Part shown: positions 11,361 through 23,158 of the stretch, piece after piece
Layout: each line of letters opens with the position of its first letter
Numbering within the stretch: position 1 is the first letter of the stretch
DNA from: Octopus sinensis
Taxonomy: Eukaryota
DNA length: 64,000 nucleotides
Direction of reading: 5' to 3'
Assembly: GCF_006345805.1 (NCBI RefSeq)
Contig: NC_043017.1
Coordinates: forward strand, 4,464,001-4,528,000
Position numbers and translations under genes: made by a program
Notes under the pieces: generated by a model
The model's input: the letters and a program-made list of their open reading frames with translations, nothing else
Told to the model about the DNA's origin: nothing
Databases searched by the model: none

Positions 11361-12810
11361 TATTATTAAAACCACTGCCAACTCCCTTCTGTTCCCCCTC
11401 CCCTTTTAAAATTCTTTTTTCTTTTCACTCACTTTCATATTTTATTTTGGTTTGCTTCACAAAAATCTAGAAAACCATAGAAAACTTGAATTAGGAACAA
11501 GAAGAGAATAGGGAATATTAGTAAAAGAAAATTCCATTGAGATTTCTAAATTGGGAAAGGATTCTAGAGAAACTTTGAGCATTTCTTGTTGGAAAACCTG
11601 TTAAGAAGAAAATCTCAGGTCCCATCCTTTAAGTCATCTAAATTAAAACCGCCCATCAAACTTCCATATAAATTTATGTTTCAAACACTAATTAGATAAT
11701 GACAAAGTTTTTTTTTTTACTAAATTTGTTATTTTTTCCAAAAATAATTGAAACGCTGGTGATGTATATCAGCTGGAACATGGGTAGCAAAAGAGTTAAA
11801 AGTTGATAAAAACTGCTGATACATATGAAGAGAAAGATTATTTTAATACCAGGAGCATTCATTGATCTAATATAGTATACAAATAGTTATAAGATGGAGA
11901 AAATACGCAAAAAGTGAAAATTCAGACCATATTTATTTATGGTTCTTTACATTGTAAGCTTGACTCCTGACAAAGTCAGCTTTGCTTTTCATCCTAATAG
12001 GTTGATAAAATAGTGTACTAGTCAAGTACTACCACCTCCTCTCAAAACTGCTGTGCCTAAATTAGAAACTATTATTATTTTCGTTTTTATTTTAGTTTTT
12101 CTTGTTTGTGTCGTTATTTTTGGGTCGCTAGTGGCAAAAGTGATGCAGTGTTTGGACAAAAAATGCATTTAGTTTCATCACTTCATAATCTGAGTTCAAA
12201 TCTTACCAAAGTCGACGACTTTAACTTTTGTCCTTCTGGGGGTATTAATAAAATATAATAAGTAGTAATCAAGTATTTGGTGGCCATTTAAGGTGGGGGT
12301 GTCAATCTCACAGACTAAATCTTCCTTCCTTGCTTCCCACCAAAACGTTTATCTGGCCAACTGCCTATGTAAAAAAACATTATTATTATTATCATTATTA
12401 TTATTATTATTATTATTTTGAATATTCTTTCTGACCAATTATTTTTATCAGCTGTTGCCAGCCAAAATGGAAACCTTTTGTTTCCCACATCAGTTTCCAT
12501 GGAGATAGCATCAGCTACTCCAACCACACCACACCACAAGCACCACAAACAACAATAACAACAACAACAACAAAACTTCTTGAGGGAACCTCTGTGAGGT
12601 CACTTGTCCTGCTAGAAATAGCAACTGAATTTGTCAAAATCAATACCCTACAAAATTTTCAAAAAAAAAAAAAAGACATAAAGGTGAAAAAAGACACAAT
12701 GGAGAATATAGTTGTGAATATACAAAAAAAAGACAGGATAGTCACAACTGGATTGTCTTTGGGCATATATCTGCTGAACCAGGGCTAACCAGCAGTTAAA
12801 CATCTCTACC

Positions 12811-12842
<32 letters not shown>

Positions 12843-13109
12843 CAACCGCAACAACAGCACTCGACTGAACACTAATAATCTATGCAGTCCCTCCTAATTT
12901 CCTCCCAAGATCTGTCACACACACATTTGCGCATGTGCGCACACACACATGTACACACACACACACACACACACACAGTGGATCTGGAACTTGTATCTTG
13001 TTGTATAAAGTGATCTGTTCTCCGTTAGGGATTAAATTGCAGCTGTTTTCTTCTTCTCATTCACGTTTCTTTCTTTAATCATCCTGGACGATGTATTTCA
13101 TTTTTACAG

Positions 13110-13117
13110 GTAAAGGT

Positions 13118-13150
<33 letters not shown>

Positions 13151-13300
13151 GAGCGAGAGAGAGAGTAGAAACATCATGGATGGATGAGAGAGAGAGAGAG
13201 TAGAAACATCATGGATGGATGAGAGAGAGGGAGAGAGAGAAAGAGTAGAAACATCATAGATGGATGAGAGAGAGAGAGAGTAGAAACATCATGGATGGAT

Positions 13301-13332
<32 letters not shown>

Positions 13333-13434
13333 TAGAAACATCATGGATGGATGAGAGAGAGGGAGAGAGAGAAAGAGTAGAAACATCATGATGGATGAGA
13401 GAGAGAGAGAGAGAGAGAAACATCATGGATGGAT

Positions 13435-13465
<31 letters not shown>

Positions 13466-13559
13466 GAGAGAGAGAGAGTAGAACATCATGGATGGATGAG
13501 AGAGAGAGAGTAGAAACATCATGATGGATGAGAGAGAGAGAGAAACATCATGGATGGAT

Positions 13560-13593
<34 letters not shown>

Positions 13594-13753
13594 TAGAAAC
13601 ATCATGATGGATGAGAGAGAGAGAGAAACATCATGGATGGATGAGAGAGAGAGAGAAAGAGCGAGAGAGAGAGAGAGAGTAGAAACATCATGGATGGATG
13701 AGAGAGAGAGAGAGAAAGAGCGAGAGAGAGAGAGAGTAGAAACATCATGGATG

Positions 13754-13793
<40 letters not shown>

Positions 13794-13917
13794 AACATCA
13801 TGGATGGATGAGAGAGAGAGAGAAAGAGCGAGAGAGAGAGAGTAGAAACATCATGGATGGATGAGAGAGAGGAGAGAGAGAGTAGAAACATCATGGATGG
13901 ATGAGAGAGAGAGAGAG
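13110..13917. repeat. Compound satellite: GTAGAAACATCATGGATGGAT core alternating with variable (GA)n, about 17 units
   Basis: Conserved ~21-nt core separated by GA runs of different length. Confidence 0.95.
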
Positions 13918-14239
13918 TTTCCTCTTTGGTCGTCTTGAGTATGGAGGAACTTGCAGTGTCTGATGGATTTAGCTTTTTCTCTCTCTCTGTCACACTCTGC
14001 CGCTCTCTATTTCTCTCTCTCTGCATCATACCAGCTTCATATCAAGATGGCAGATAACTACAAGATGTTGTTGAGATGTTCATTGATTGTATGCAGATTT
14101 GAACCCGTGTTTTATTTTTTAGAGAGAGGGACACAAATTGGGAGGGGGATATAAAGGGCAAGAGAGGAATGGAGACTATGTGAAGCGGGAGGTAGGGCTG
14201 GATTGGCCCTGGAGAAATGCAGTCAATATATTTTGGAAT

Positions 14240-15370
14240 TGTACAAGAATTGACTGAAAAGTTCATAGGCTGACCAAGATACTCTCATGGAATGTGACCA
14301 AACGAAGTTTATTTTTCAACATAGTCCCCCTTGTGATCCACACACTTCTTCCATTGGTGTTGCAGTGCTTGGATCCCATTTGCGAGGAAGCTTTCATCCT
14401 GTAGGACAACAGCAGAAATGATATCATCACTGCAATACTGGTTCACAACCAAGTGGTTTTCTTTATGCCGGGAAAACAGTTGATAGTCAGATGGGGCCAA
14501 ATGGAGAGGGTGGTCAACCTGTTCAAAGCTTCAATCACAAAGACATTGAAATGAAGAACTTAGGAGCTTTTGTCAATTTTCCTGGTTATTTGGTCTTGAT
14601 AGCCTTTCATATCTGCCTCAGCAATTTGGCATAGTACTCTCTATTGATGGTGTGGCACTTTTGAAGATTGTCAATAAACATAATGCCTTTTGCATCCCCC
14701 AAAAAACTGAGGCCATCACCTTCCCTGCAGATGAAACAAACTTAGTTTTCTTTGGAGGAAGTGAGAAGACTTGTTTCCACTGCATGGATTGTCTTTTTGC
14801 CTTTGGTTCAATGTGATGAAACTAACACTCATCCTGGGTTAGGAAACGTTCAAGGAAGCCAGCTGGATCTGCCTCAAACAATATCAGATTTTTCTGTGAT
14901 GTGATCAACCTGCTGCACTTTTGATCAGGTGTCAGAAGACATGGCACCCGCCAAGCAGAAACCTTCATCATACAGACTTCATTGTGCAGAATATTCTCAA
15001 CTCTCTCATGGGATATGCTAATGACATTGGCTATTTGATTTCTAATTAATCTCCTGTCATCCATCACCATATAGTGAACACAATTTTTTCCTCAGTGGTG
15101 GAAGCCTCAGGATGTTCAGACCTTGGGTCATCTTCAAAATGCTCTCTTCCCCTCCTAAATTCAGCTTCCCACTTTTGCACTGTTGATAAAGCTGGAGCAT
15201 CATCCCCTAATGTATCAATCATGTCAGCATCAATATCCTAGGGGGCTGAGCCCTTTTTCTGCAGGTACTTGATAACTCCATGATGCCAAATTTTGTCTAT
15301 TTTCAAGAGAAGTTGCTATTAGTTACTTTCGAATTCTTCTTTGAACAGTCAGATGTCAGTTTCCTTGGAA
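14240..15370 (-). mobile_element. Decayed mariner (Tc1/mariner, DD34D-type) transposon
   Basis: Fragments DRRL..QIANVISISHERVENILHNE..M.KVSAWRVP.LLTPDQK..ERFLTQDE and APSDY.LF...GIQALQHQWKKCVDHKGDYVEK are typical of mariner transposase; multiple stops and frameshifts. Confidence 0.88.
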
Positions 15371-15429
15371 CAAACCGGTACACTAATAAGAAGAGCTGAA
15401 ATTAATACATGCAAAGTTTCACAGCAGAT

Positions 15430-15640
15430 CTAGCCTACTTCATTTGTCAGCCTATGATCTTGTCATCCCACCCTCCTATGTCCCTTGCAATCCCGATGAA
15501 AATGGATTGGTTAAGTCATCGGAATGACAACAGAATTCCAAAAGTCCTAATTCAAAGCCAGCTCCATGATGGAAGGAGAAGCATAGGAAGACCATGGCTT
15601 AGACAAGGTGAAAGCTAACCTGAGAGTGACAAAGATTCCG
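15430..15640 (+). mobile_element. RTE-clade LINE C-terminal fragment
   Basis: WLSHRNDNRIPKVLIQSQLHDGRRSIGRPWLR resembles the RTE W.GH..R....RIPK.L...L..G.R..GRP motif. Confidence 0.7.
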
Positions 15641-15672
15641 CCGGAAACATTTGAAAAAACTGCATTGAACTG

Positions 15673-15832
15673 CAAGTCACAGCATATCTCCAGAGGTCTC
15701 GGTCTTTCGTCGTAGCCTCTGTGAGGCCCAACGTACGAAGGTCATGCTTGACCACCTCGTCCTATGTCTTCCTGGGTCTACCTCTACCTCGGATTCCTTC
15801 AACAGTTTGGGAGTGGCACTTCTTCACACATC
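15673..15832 (-). mobile_element. RTE-type LINE 3' end fragment
   Basis: Minus strand reads VEGIRGRGRPRKT*DEVVKHDLRTLGLTEATTKDRDLWRYAV; related pieces at about 47.1 kb and 57.35 kb. Confidence 0.75.
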
Positions 15833-15869
15833 ATAAATAATATATAAATATATGCACATATACATACAT

Positions 15870-16070
15870 ATATGTGCATACCTACATATATATGTATATA
15901 TACATGCATATATGGGTACAGGACATAAAAAAACTGTTGAACACAATAAGAAACGAAAACATAGAAACAAACTTTTATTCTAACAACGAAAAAATATCAA
16001 ACAGAGAAACGAGACATAAAGAATATTCCCCTTCTTCAGTTGTCCCTGTTTCAACTACACATTTCGAAAG
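15870..16070 (-). mobile_element. Unclassified repeat (possible PLE pLTR remnant), copy 1
   Basis: Clear homology to 47460-47720 in opposite orientation; ends in a TA/TG-rich tract. Confidence 0.55.
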
Positions 16071-16139
16071 CACATATATTATTTCCAACTTCCTGTGTAT
16101 TTTTTTTATTAATATATAAATAGATAGAAGTATTTCTAA

Positions 16140-16400
16140 GTTTCCTTGTTGCAATGAGCCGATGGTCAGTGATAGTCCTGAAGTTTCCAGTGTTGCAAGT
16201 TTGTATCGAAGATGTTCTGCATTTTGCTAGAATGCAAAAGTTTATGTTTGGTTATAAAAAAACGGTGTTCAGCATATTTCTTTAAAAGGAGTCGGTTGCC
16301 ATTACAAGAACCCATCCCACAGGGCCAATAACATGAAGCTATGTTGCTCTGCCTTATTTCAAAGCCTCTGGCATTGAAGCTGCCAAGCAAACATAGCATA
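16140..16400 (-). mobile_element. RTE LINE apurinic-endonuclease fragment
   Basis: LLGSFNARG...GMGSCNGNRLLLKKYAEHRFFIT matches the L.GDFNARVG...G.G..N.NG..LL....E..L.ITN motif. Confidence 0.75.
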
Positions 16401-17444
16401 ACTGAAGCTGAACTGGCTGAAATCTGCTACATATCTATGTATTTATATAAAGCTGAAGTTGTATGGCAGGTTTGGTAGCCTTCAACTAACACTATCTCCT
16501 CCGAGACCCTGCGGCACAAGTTGACCAAAATTGAGAGTATGATAGAAGAAGGCTTGCTCTTCCTTCCGTAGAAGAAAAAAATTCAAATCGGACCATGTTA
16601 ACACCAAAAATTATTTACATCAAAAAGGTGCTTTTTTTCTATGAAAAATCCCTATTTTTTTACTGTGGTGTCGCCATTTTTCGGTGTATTTCAACCAGAA
16701 AAATGTTCACTTAAAGAGAATAACAATCTACATAATGCAAAATTTTTACTTTTCACAAATCTGCACAGCTGGTGGCCCTGATCTTCCACTACTTCTCTGC
16801 AAAAGCAGATTAATACAACACATAAATAAAATGAGCCCCATTTTTATGGATAGCATTTTCTCACCTCATGAGAAAGAGGTCAGAAAAGGCTCCCCAAATA
16901 TAACCTACTTCCACTCAATTCTGATTGGTTTACCATGGTCAGTGGAGATGCCACACATACATATATATATATACACATACACACACACACCCACACATAT
17001 ATATACAAACGCACACATACATATATACACAGGAAAAACGGACAGTATCGGAAACATAAACATAGCACAGGTGTTATTTTATATATACACAAGAGGCCTT
17101 TCGATAATAGGACAGAATTAGGACAAGATAAGAGATGAAAGTTGTCAATATTTAAGGCCTTTTTGCCTATACTGCAGCTTTAAGATATGATAAGGGAACT
17201 ATATCCAAAAGAACTCAGGATAAGGATAAAAAGATGGGATAAAATGTATTAAAGACAGAAGGAAAGAAAACACAGAATGGAAAGGGAAAGATTTAAATCG
17301 AGGGTCTGAAGCAGTGGCCCAGCAACAAAATTTGCTAAGGGGGTGCAAACCCAGGTCCTAATTATTTTATGAAAGATGTGGATTTTATTATACCAGCATT
17401 AAAACAAATGCTGGTATAATAATAATTTTTATTATTATGAGGGT

Positions 17445-17925
17445 TGGCTGAAATGTTCATAATCTGAGCTAGACACTTTCAATGGAATGTGACCAAATGA
17501 AGTTCATTTTCTAACATAGTTCCTCTTACTGTCCACACACTTCCATAAGTAGTTGCAGTGCTTAGGTCGCACTGGTGAAGAAGCTTTTCTGTTGATCAAA
17601 ATGGTCATCAACAACAGATAAGATGTTCTCATCATAGTGATACTGGTGCTCAGCTGAGTGTTTTTCTATGTTGGGAAACAGATGATAACCAGAAGGAACC
17701 AAATCACTAACATAGGGAGGATGATCAACCAGTTCAAAGCCAGTCACACACAGCAGCCATTGAAACCAAGGACTTGTGTGCTGAAGCATTGTCCTAATGA
17801 AACAAGACCTCATTCATCAGATTTTTGGGTGTTTGGTCTTAATAGCCTTTCATAACTGCCTTAGGAAGTTGGCATTAAAATCCTCCATTGATGGTGTGAT
17901 CATTTTGAAGATAGCCAATAAACAA
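17445..17925 (-). mobile_element. Mariner transposase 3' half remnant
   Basis: ELVDHPPYVSDLVPSGYHLFPNIEKH (the HPPYSPDLAPSDY motif); terminus similar to the 14240 copy. Confidence 0.8.
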
Positions 17926-18244
17926 TATTTTTTGCATTAATGCATAGTATATGTAATAATGTGAAGTATATTTTGCATATTAAAATGTTTAATTTTGGAA
18001 ATGTATCAAGCAGAGCTAACATAAGCAGTAAAAATACAAATTGCAAGTATTTCAAAATGTGAGACACTACATGACAAAATCTAACAAAAAAAAAGGGAAG
18101 AAAATAGTGGTGCTTGTGTTCCAAAGGTACATTGAGAAGGCTCAGGAAAAGGATAGAGAAGTGGGGTAGAGGGAAGGAAGTTAGAAGGAATGAAAAGTGA
18201 AAAGATAAACTGAGGATCTGAAATGAGTACTAGGCAGGAGATTG

Positions 18245-18433
18245 GCCCCTGTGCCAGTGGCACGTAAAAAAAGCACCCACTACGCTCTCAGAGTGGTTGG
18301 CCTTAGGAAGGGCATCCATCTGTAGAAACACTGCCAGATCAGACTGGAGCCTGGTGCAGCCTCCTGGCTTCCCAGGCCCCAGTCGAACCGTTCAACCTAT
18401 TCTATAATGGAAAACGAACATTAAACGATGATG
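18245..18433 (+). mobile_element. Retroposon family C
   Basis: ggcacgtaaaaaaagcacccactacgctctcagagtggttggcc...ttaaacgatgatg. Confidence 0.8.
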
Positions 18434-18657
18434 TCTTACCTATGCACTGGTCAAGAAGAAAAACGATGAGTGATAAAAAATTGGATTGTCTTTTGGTACC
18501 AAAAAGTGAAGAAAGAGAGTAGAGAAGGTTAGGGAAGAGCAAGTAGGAAGAAAGAGAGAGTGCGGAGAAATAAGAGAATAAAGATAGACAGTAGGTAGTT
18601 GACAGAGATGGTCCAAGGAAGAAATGGAAGGCAGTAAAGAGAGAAAAGAAGCAGAGA

Positions 18658-18810
18658 GGAAGTCTCATCCTCGGAACTTTCCAGGAAGTCTCGTCCCCTG
18701 GAACTTTCCAGGGGGTCTCTCATCCTCGGAAATATCACATCCTCGGAATTTTCGCCATTCGAACTTTCCAGGAAGACTTATCCTAGGAACTTTCCATGAA
18801 GTGTCACATT
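18658..18810. repeat. Degenerate ~26-bp tandem repeat, about 6 units
   Basis: Unit approximates ggaagtctcatcctcggaactttcca. Confidence 0.8.
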
Positions 18811-20540
18811 CTCACTCACCGAGTCTTTTTCATTCTTGGTCCTTGTAATCCATTCTTCAAGAAGGAGAAAATTTTTTAGGCAAAATCTTTGGGGTAGAAA
18901 TCCATGCTGTGAGTCGGATATATCTTCGTACCATATACAGATAATTGTATAATGCTTTGATTGGGAATGACCTGAACATTGTGAATAAAGACAAAGTCGA
19001 GTATATTATTTTCCCCTAATTGGACAAGTAATGATTTGTTGTATGGGAAAGACTTTTGTTGTATCAAAGAAAGCATTTGTATCCCTCCACTTCAGTTGCT
19101 TAGTTCCAGGCTGGATATAATCCTTGGACCAGCTAAGATTAGTAAAATTAAAAACCCCTGTTAAAAGCATATTAGCCCGTGTGATGGCCTCAGCTAGGGT
19201 TAGACTTATGAGCGAAAAAATGCACCTCTGAAGTGATCTTCATGGTCAACCACATCAGGATGACGGTAGGTAATGCTTTTAATATAATTTCCTTTTTATA
19301 TAGATCAGTCTGAAATTATCGAATACGTTTCTTCGCAAATTAGGTAATTTTGGGGCTAGTCTGCAATCATTTATAGTTAAATGTTTCCTTTCAAAATCTT
19401 TTTTTTTTTATTAAACTGGACTAGCATTTCGAATGAGCAATAAATATCAAAGCATTTAACAATGAGCATTAAATGTCAAAGATAAAAATAAATCATTTTG
19501 TTCCCTTTTTAAAATTTTGGACCTAAGAACCTAAATGAGAAAACCCGATATGACTGAAAGAATTTTAAAAGGGCTTTTATTTTTAGGCTGAGGTCAAATA
19601 GTCGAATCCATTCAACCATGTCATCAGTCTTTTACAAAGAACTTGAGAGAGGTGACAGATAGAGAGAGGACAAGAACCTTCACACATTTTCAGCATTGCA
19701 AGATTTCGGAGTTATTTTTGTCAGAATAGTGCTGTCTTCAAGAATCCAAGTAATGCTATGAAGAGTAGCTGCAGATGCTGGTCATGTTGTTGTTCTTGTT
19801 GTTTGCTGCTACTGTTGTTGTTGTTACGTACTTTTTATTTTGACGCTACTTTGCTTCAGAAGTTGGTTAGTCATCAATTCCCTTGGGAATTTTAAGACCA
19901 GCTTCATCACTTTTATTTATTTACTTTTGTTCTTTGTTTTTGCTTTGAAACGAAATCTAGCTTCAAGCATCTTATACAGATAAATTTTGAGACACTATTT
20001 TCCGAAACTGGTAAAATTATGTAGGGGGTCCTTGGGTGGTGTGCGTATTCTTTACCTCCGCCGCAGATACTTGGTACTTTTCTAAGTACAAAGCTTAGAA
20101 AAAAAAAGTACTGCAATCGACTTGTTCGACTAAACTCTTCAGGGCTGTGCTCCAGCATGGCATCAGTCTAATGAGTGAAACAAGTAAAAGATAAAAGATT
20201 TTCATGAAACAGAAACCCAAAGAGAAGCTTAAAGATTAAAAAAAAAGATAGAGTTACTTCCCTTGACAGAAATTGACAAATGTCCATTTTCATTGTTTGA
20301 ATGGCATCTGGTGCAAGCACCTTGTCAGCTCCAATTAACATCGACATCGAATTAAGTGCAGATGATTGGTAATTAATTGCGTAAAGACATAGCTACTGCA
20401 TTCGTTATTATGTTGAAGTGAAAGATGTAAGTCAATATGTGTTGTAAAATCTACAAGTTTCCTTGAAACTGACGTCGTCTACTCCAGACTTCAATTCTGA
20501 CCTACTTAGACATATTGTGACTTTTTCCTCGTTAATTTCT

Positions 20541-20549
20541 GTAAGTATT
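20541..20549 (+). promoter_or_regulatory. Probable splice donor of non-coding first exon of ZNF gene 1
   Basis: atttct|GTAAGTATT; the same atttct|GTAAGTATT occurs on the minus strand at 42158 upstream of ZNF gene 3. Probable acceptor at 22085-22086. Confidence 0.5.
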
Positions 20550-22384
20550 ATCATTTAATATAAACACCTGCACTCTATTCGTGTCATTTGACATTGCAAC
20601 TATTTGTTTTCGTTTGCTCAATGAGACGAAGCAAAGAAAGCAAAGAAGAATTTTTGGCAAAACTAATAAATCCGACTTCCTTATTTTCATTGTTTCGTTT
20701 TCCCGTCGACGACAGAATTCGATTTTCCACGATTTTTCTTAAATTTTAATATCGACGACAAAAGAGATATTATGCTTCGGTTTTGTATTTGGTTTGCAAG
20801 ACTGAATGTGAATTCGTATATTGAAACGAATTTTGCTGAATCTGGGGAGAGTTATTATTACTCCAATAATAATAACAACACACACGCTGGTTCAATTGCA
20901 CTTCTTTATTATTAGTCAGTTAAATATCTATCCATCAAACTAATCGATCATTTCTTTAACTTGTTGGTTTGCATTTCATATCATTTTAATACCTTAGTCT
21001 TCAATTATCTTCTAACACATAAACTCTAAATTTCAGTCGAACATAGGTAAATAATTCTAAAACTTTCGCTACTTGCCCTCATAAGATATTAAACATTTAT
21101 CTATTTCGATATTCTTAATGCATTGTGTCCCAAACTACAGTTCTTGTTAAGCATATGGTTCTTTTTTTTTTTATTTAAACATTTCTAAATGCGAACTGCA
21201 AGTACTTTAAAGATGGGTTTAAAATGTACATAGGAAGAAAAACGATTTAAAACGAAACTAATTACACACACACACACACATGCAAAAAAGTAAAAGATCG
21301 AGTCATCACAACTTTTATTATTCTACAATAGAATGGTTTTGCTCGAATACTAATTTTTGTCTGGAGAATTTTCCGAAAGAGTGTTGAACAGCGAAATCTA
21401 TAGAGTGGTGTCGCTTATTGGATGCATCTTACTCGAGATATTTGGTTTTGATAAATTTGCTGAAAGATCTTTTTCGATATGTCAGCCTTTCATGTTTATG
21501 TTTACAAACTAAAAGTAGGACCTTTATATCGTAAAGCAATCAGGGGAAGACTTCCTTTCGTACCCACCCCGATAAAAAATTTTTTCAAATATTAGACATG
21601 GGTGAAAATTGATTTCTTACCACGTCTTATAATAATAATAATGATGAGAAAGTCATAGAAATTAAGAATTTCTATTAAAAAACTTAATTTCTGTATTATG
21701 TCTATTCATGTCCCAAGGGTTAAGCAAATTTCATAGAGTTGGGGAATTTAGGCCCTAACGTTAGACAAACTGGGACATGAATATACATAATACAGATAAA
21801 ATAAGTACCAGTTGAGCACTGGAGTCAATGTAATCGGTTTACCTCCTCCCCGGAAATTGCTGGTCTTGTGCCAAAATTTGAAACCAGTATTACATTATCA
21901 GGTGGAGTAACTGTAATTTGAAAATATGTATTCTGTCCACTCAGTTGTATGATATAATATTTAGAACAACTTTGAATGTAAAATTTAATTATCCATGTAA
22001 AGGTTTATATCTATACTTTATCAGTGTTTGGATCTCTTATTTTTGTATATACTTCATATTTTATATGGTTTCTCTTTTTTTTTCAGATCTATCATCATTT
22101 TTCATCTTTTAAAGAAAAAAAATATTACGTAGAACAGATATAACTCTGTGTTTATAAAGATATGAAGGAATTACTGTGAGATTAGCAGCAAAATTTATGT
22201 TTCACTGTTTGGAATGTGTATAAGATGAATCTGTATTCTAATTCAACTTACATAAATTTACAAAGGAGTTGTTGATAGAAGTCACAGTTGATCGAACTAT
22301 AGCAGAAGAAATTGTTAAAATAAAGTATAAAAACACAAGAAAAATATCCATATATCTCAAGTGAGAGAAGAAAAATTATGGAAA

Positions 22385-23158
22385 ATGAATTATGTGAATA
22401 CAAGTTTAACTGCAACAGAGAGTCCAAAAGGAATAGTTTTTTCTAATGAGATGCCAAAAGAAATCAGGAAAAAAGTCCACAAATGTGATGTCTGCAAGAA
22501 ATCCTTCTCTCAAAAATGTAACCTCACTATTCACAAACGCATTCATACAGGGGAGAAACCATACCATTGTCACATTTGTGGTAAATCATTTTCTCGAAAT
22601 CATCACTTAACTACACACATACGCATTCACACTGGAGAGAAACCATATCACTGTGATATCTGTGATAAATCTTTCTCTGCCCCGTATAATTTAACTATTC
22701 ATAAACGCATTCATACAGGAGAAACTCCTTACCATTGTGATATCTGTGGTAAATCATTCTCTGGAAGCAGTGACTTGACTAAACACAGACATATTCATAC
22801 AGAAGTGAAACCATACAACTGTGATATCTGTGGTAAATCATTCTGCCAAAAAATCCTTTTAACTACTCACAAACGCATTCATACTGGAGAAAAACCATTT
22901 CACTGCGATATCTGCGATAAATCATTTTCTCATGGAAATTCCTTAACTACTCACAGATATATTCATACAGGAGAGAAACAATACCACTGTGATATATGTG
23001 GTAAATCATTCTCTCAAAATTACCACTTAACTACTCACATCCGTGTTCATACAGGAGAGAAACCATATCACTGTGATATCTGTGATAATTCATTCTCACA
23101 AAGTGGCCACTTAACTAGGCACATGTATATTCATACAAGAGAAAATCCAGTCAAATGA
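22385..23158 (+). CDS. C2H2 zinc-finger protein, 8 fingers (ZNF gene 1)
   Basis: Eight CxxC-x12-HxxxH units with TGEKPY-type linkers. First in-frame ATG 22385 (track ORF starts at GTG 22361); alternative internal ATG 22451. Confidence 0.9.
   Translation: MNYVNTSLTATESPKGIVFSNEMPKEIRKKVHKCDVCKKSFSQKCNLTIHKRIHTGEKPYHCHICGKSFSRNHHLTTHIRIHTGEKPYHCDICDKSFSAPYNLTIHKRIHTGETPYHCDICGKSFSGSSDLTKHRHIHTEVKPYNCDICGKSFCQKILLTTHKRIHTGEKPFHCDICDKSFSHGNSLTTHRYIHTGEKQYHCDICGKSFSQNYHLTTHIRVHTGEKPYHCDICDNSFSQSGHLTRHMYIHTRENPVK

Noticed and set aside
13110-13917. CRISPR-like repeat-spacer appearance
   Set aside because: Spacers are only (GA)n of varying length, the context is eukaryotic and there are no cas genes.
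16425-16790. Repeat-like block starting atctatgtatttatataaagctgaagttg, possibly Helitron-related
   Set aside because: Only one copy in the window and no diagnostic terminus could be verified.
17085-17230. Minus-strand GAAA-GGCC-UC half hammerhead next to a TA/CA tract
   Set aside because: No CUGANGA or matching stem II found upstream; at most a decayed remnant.
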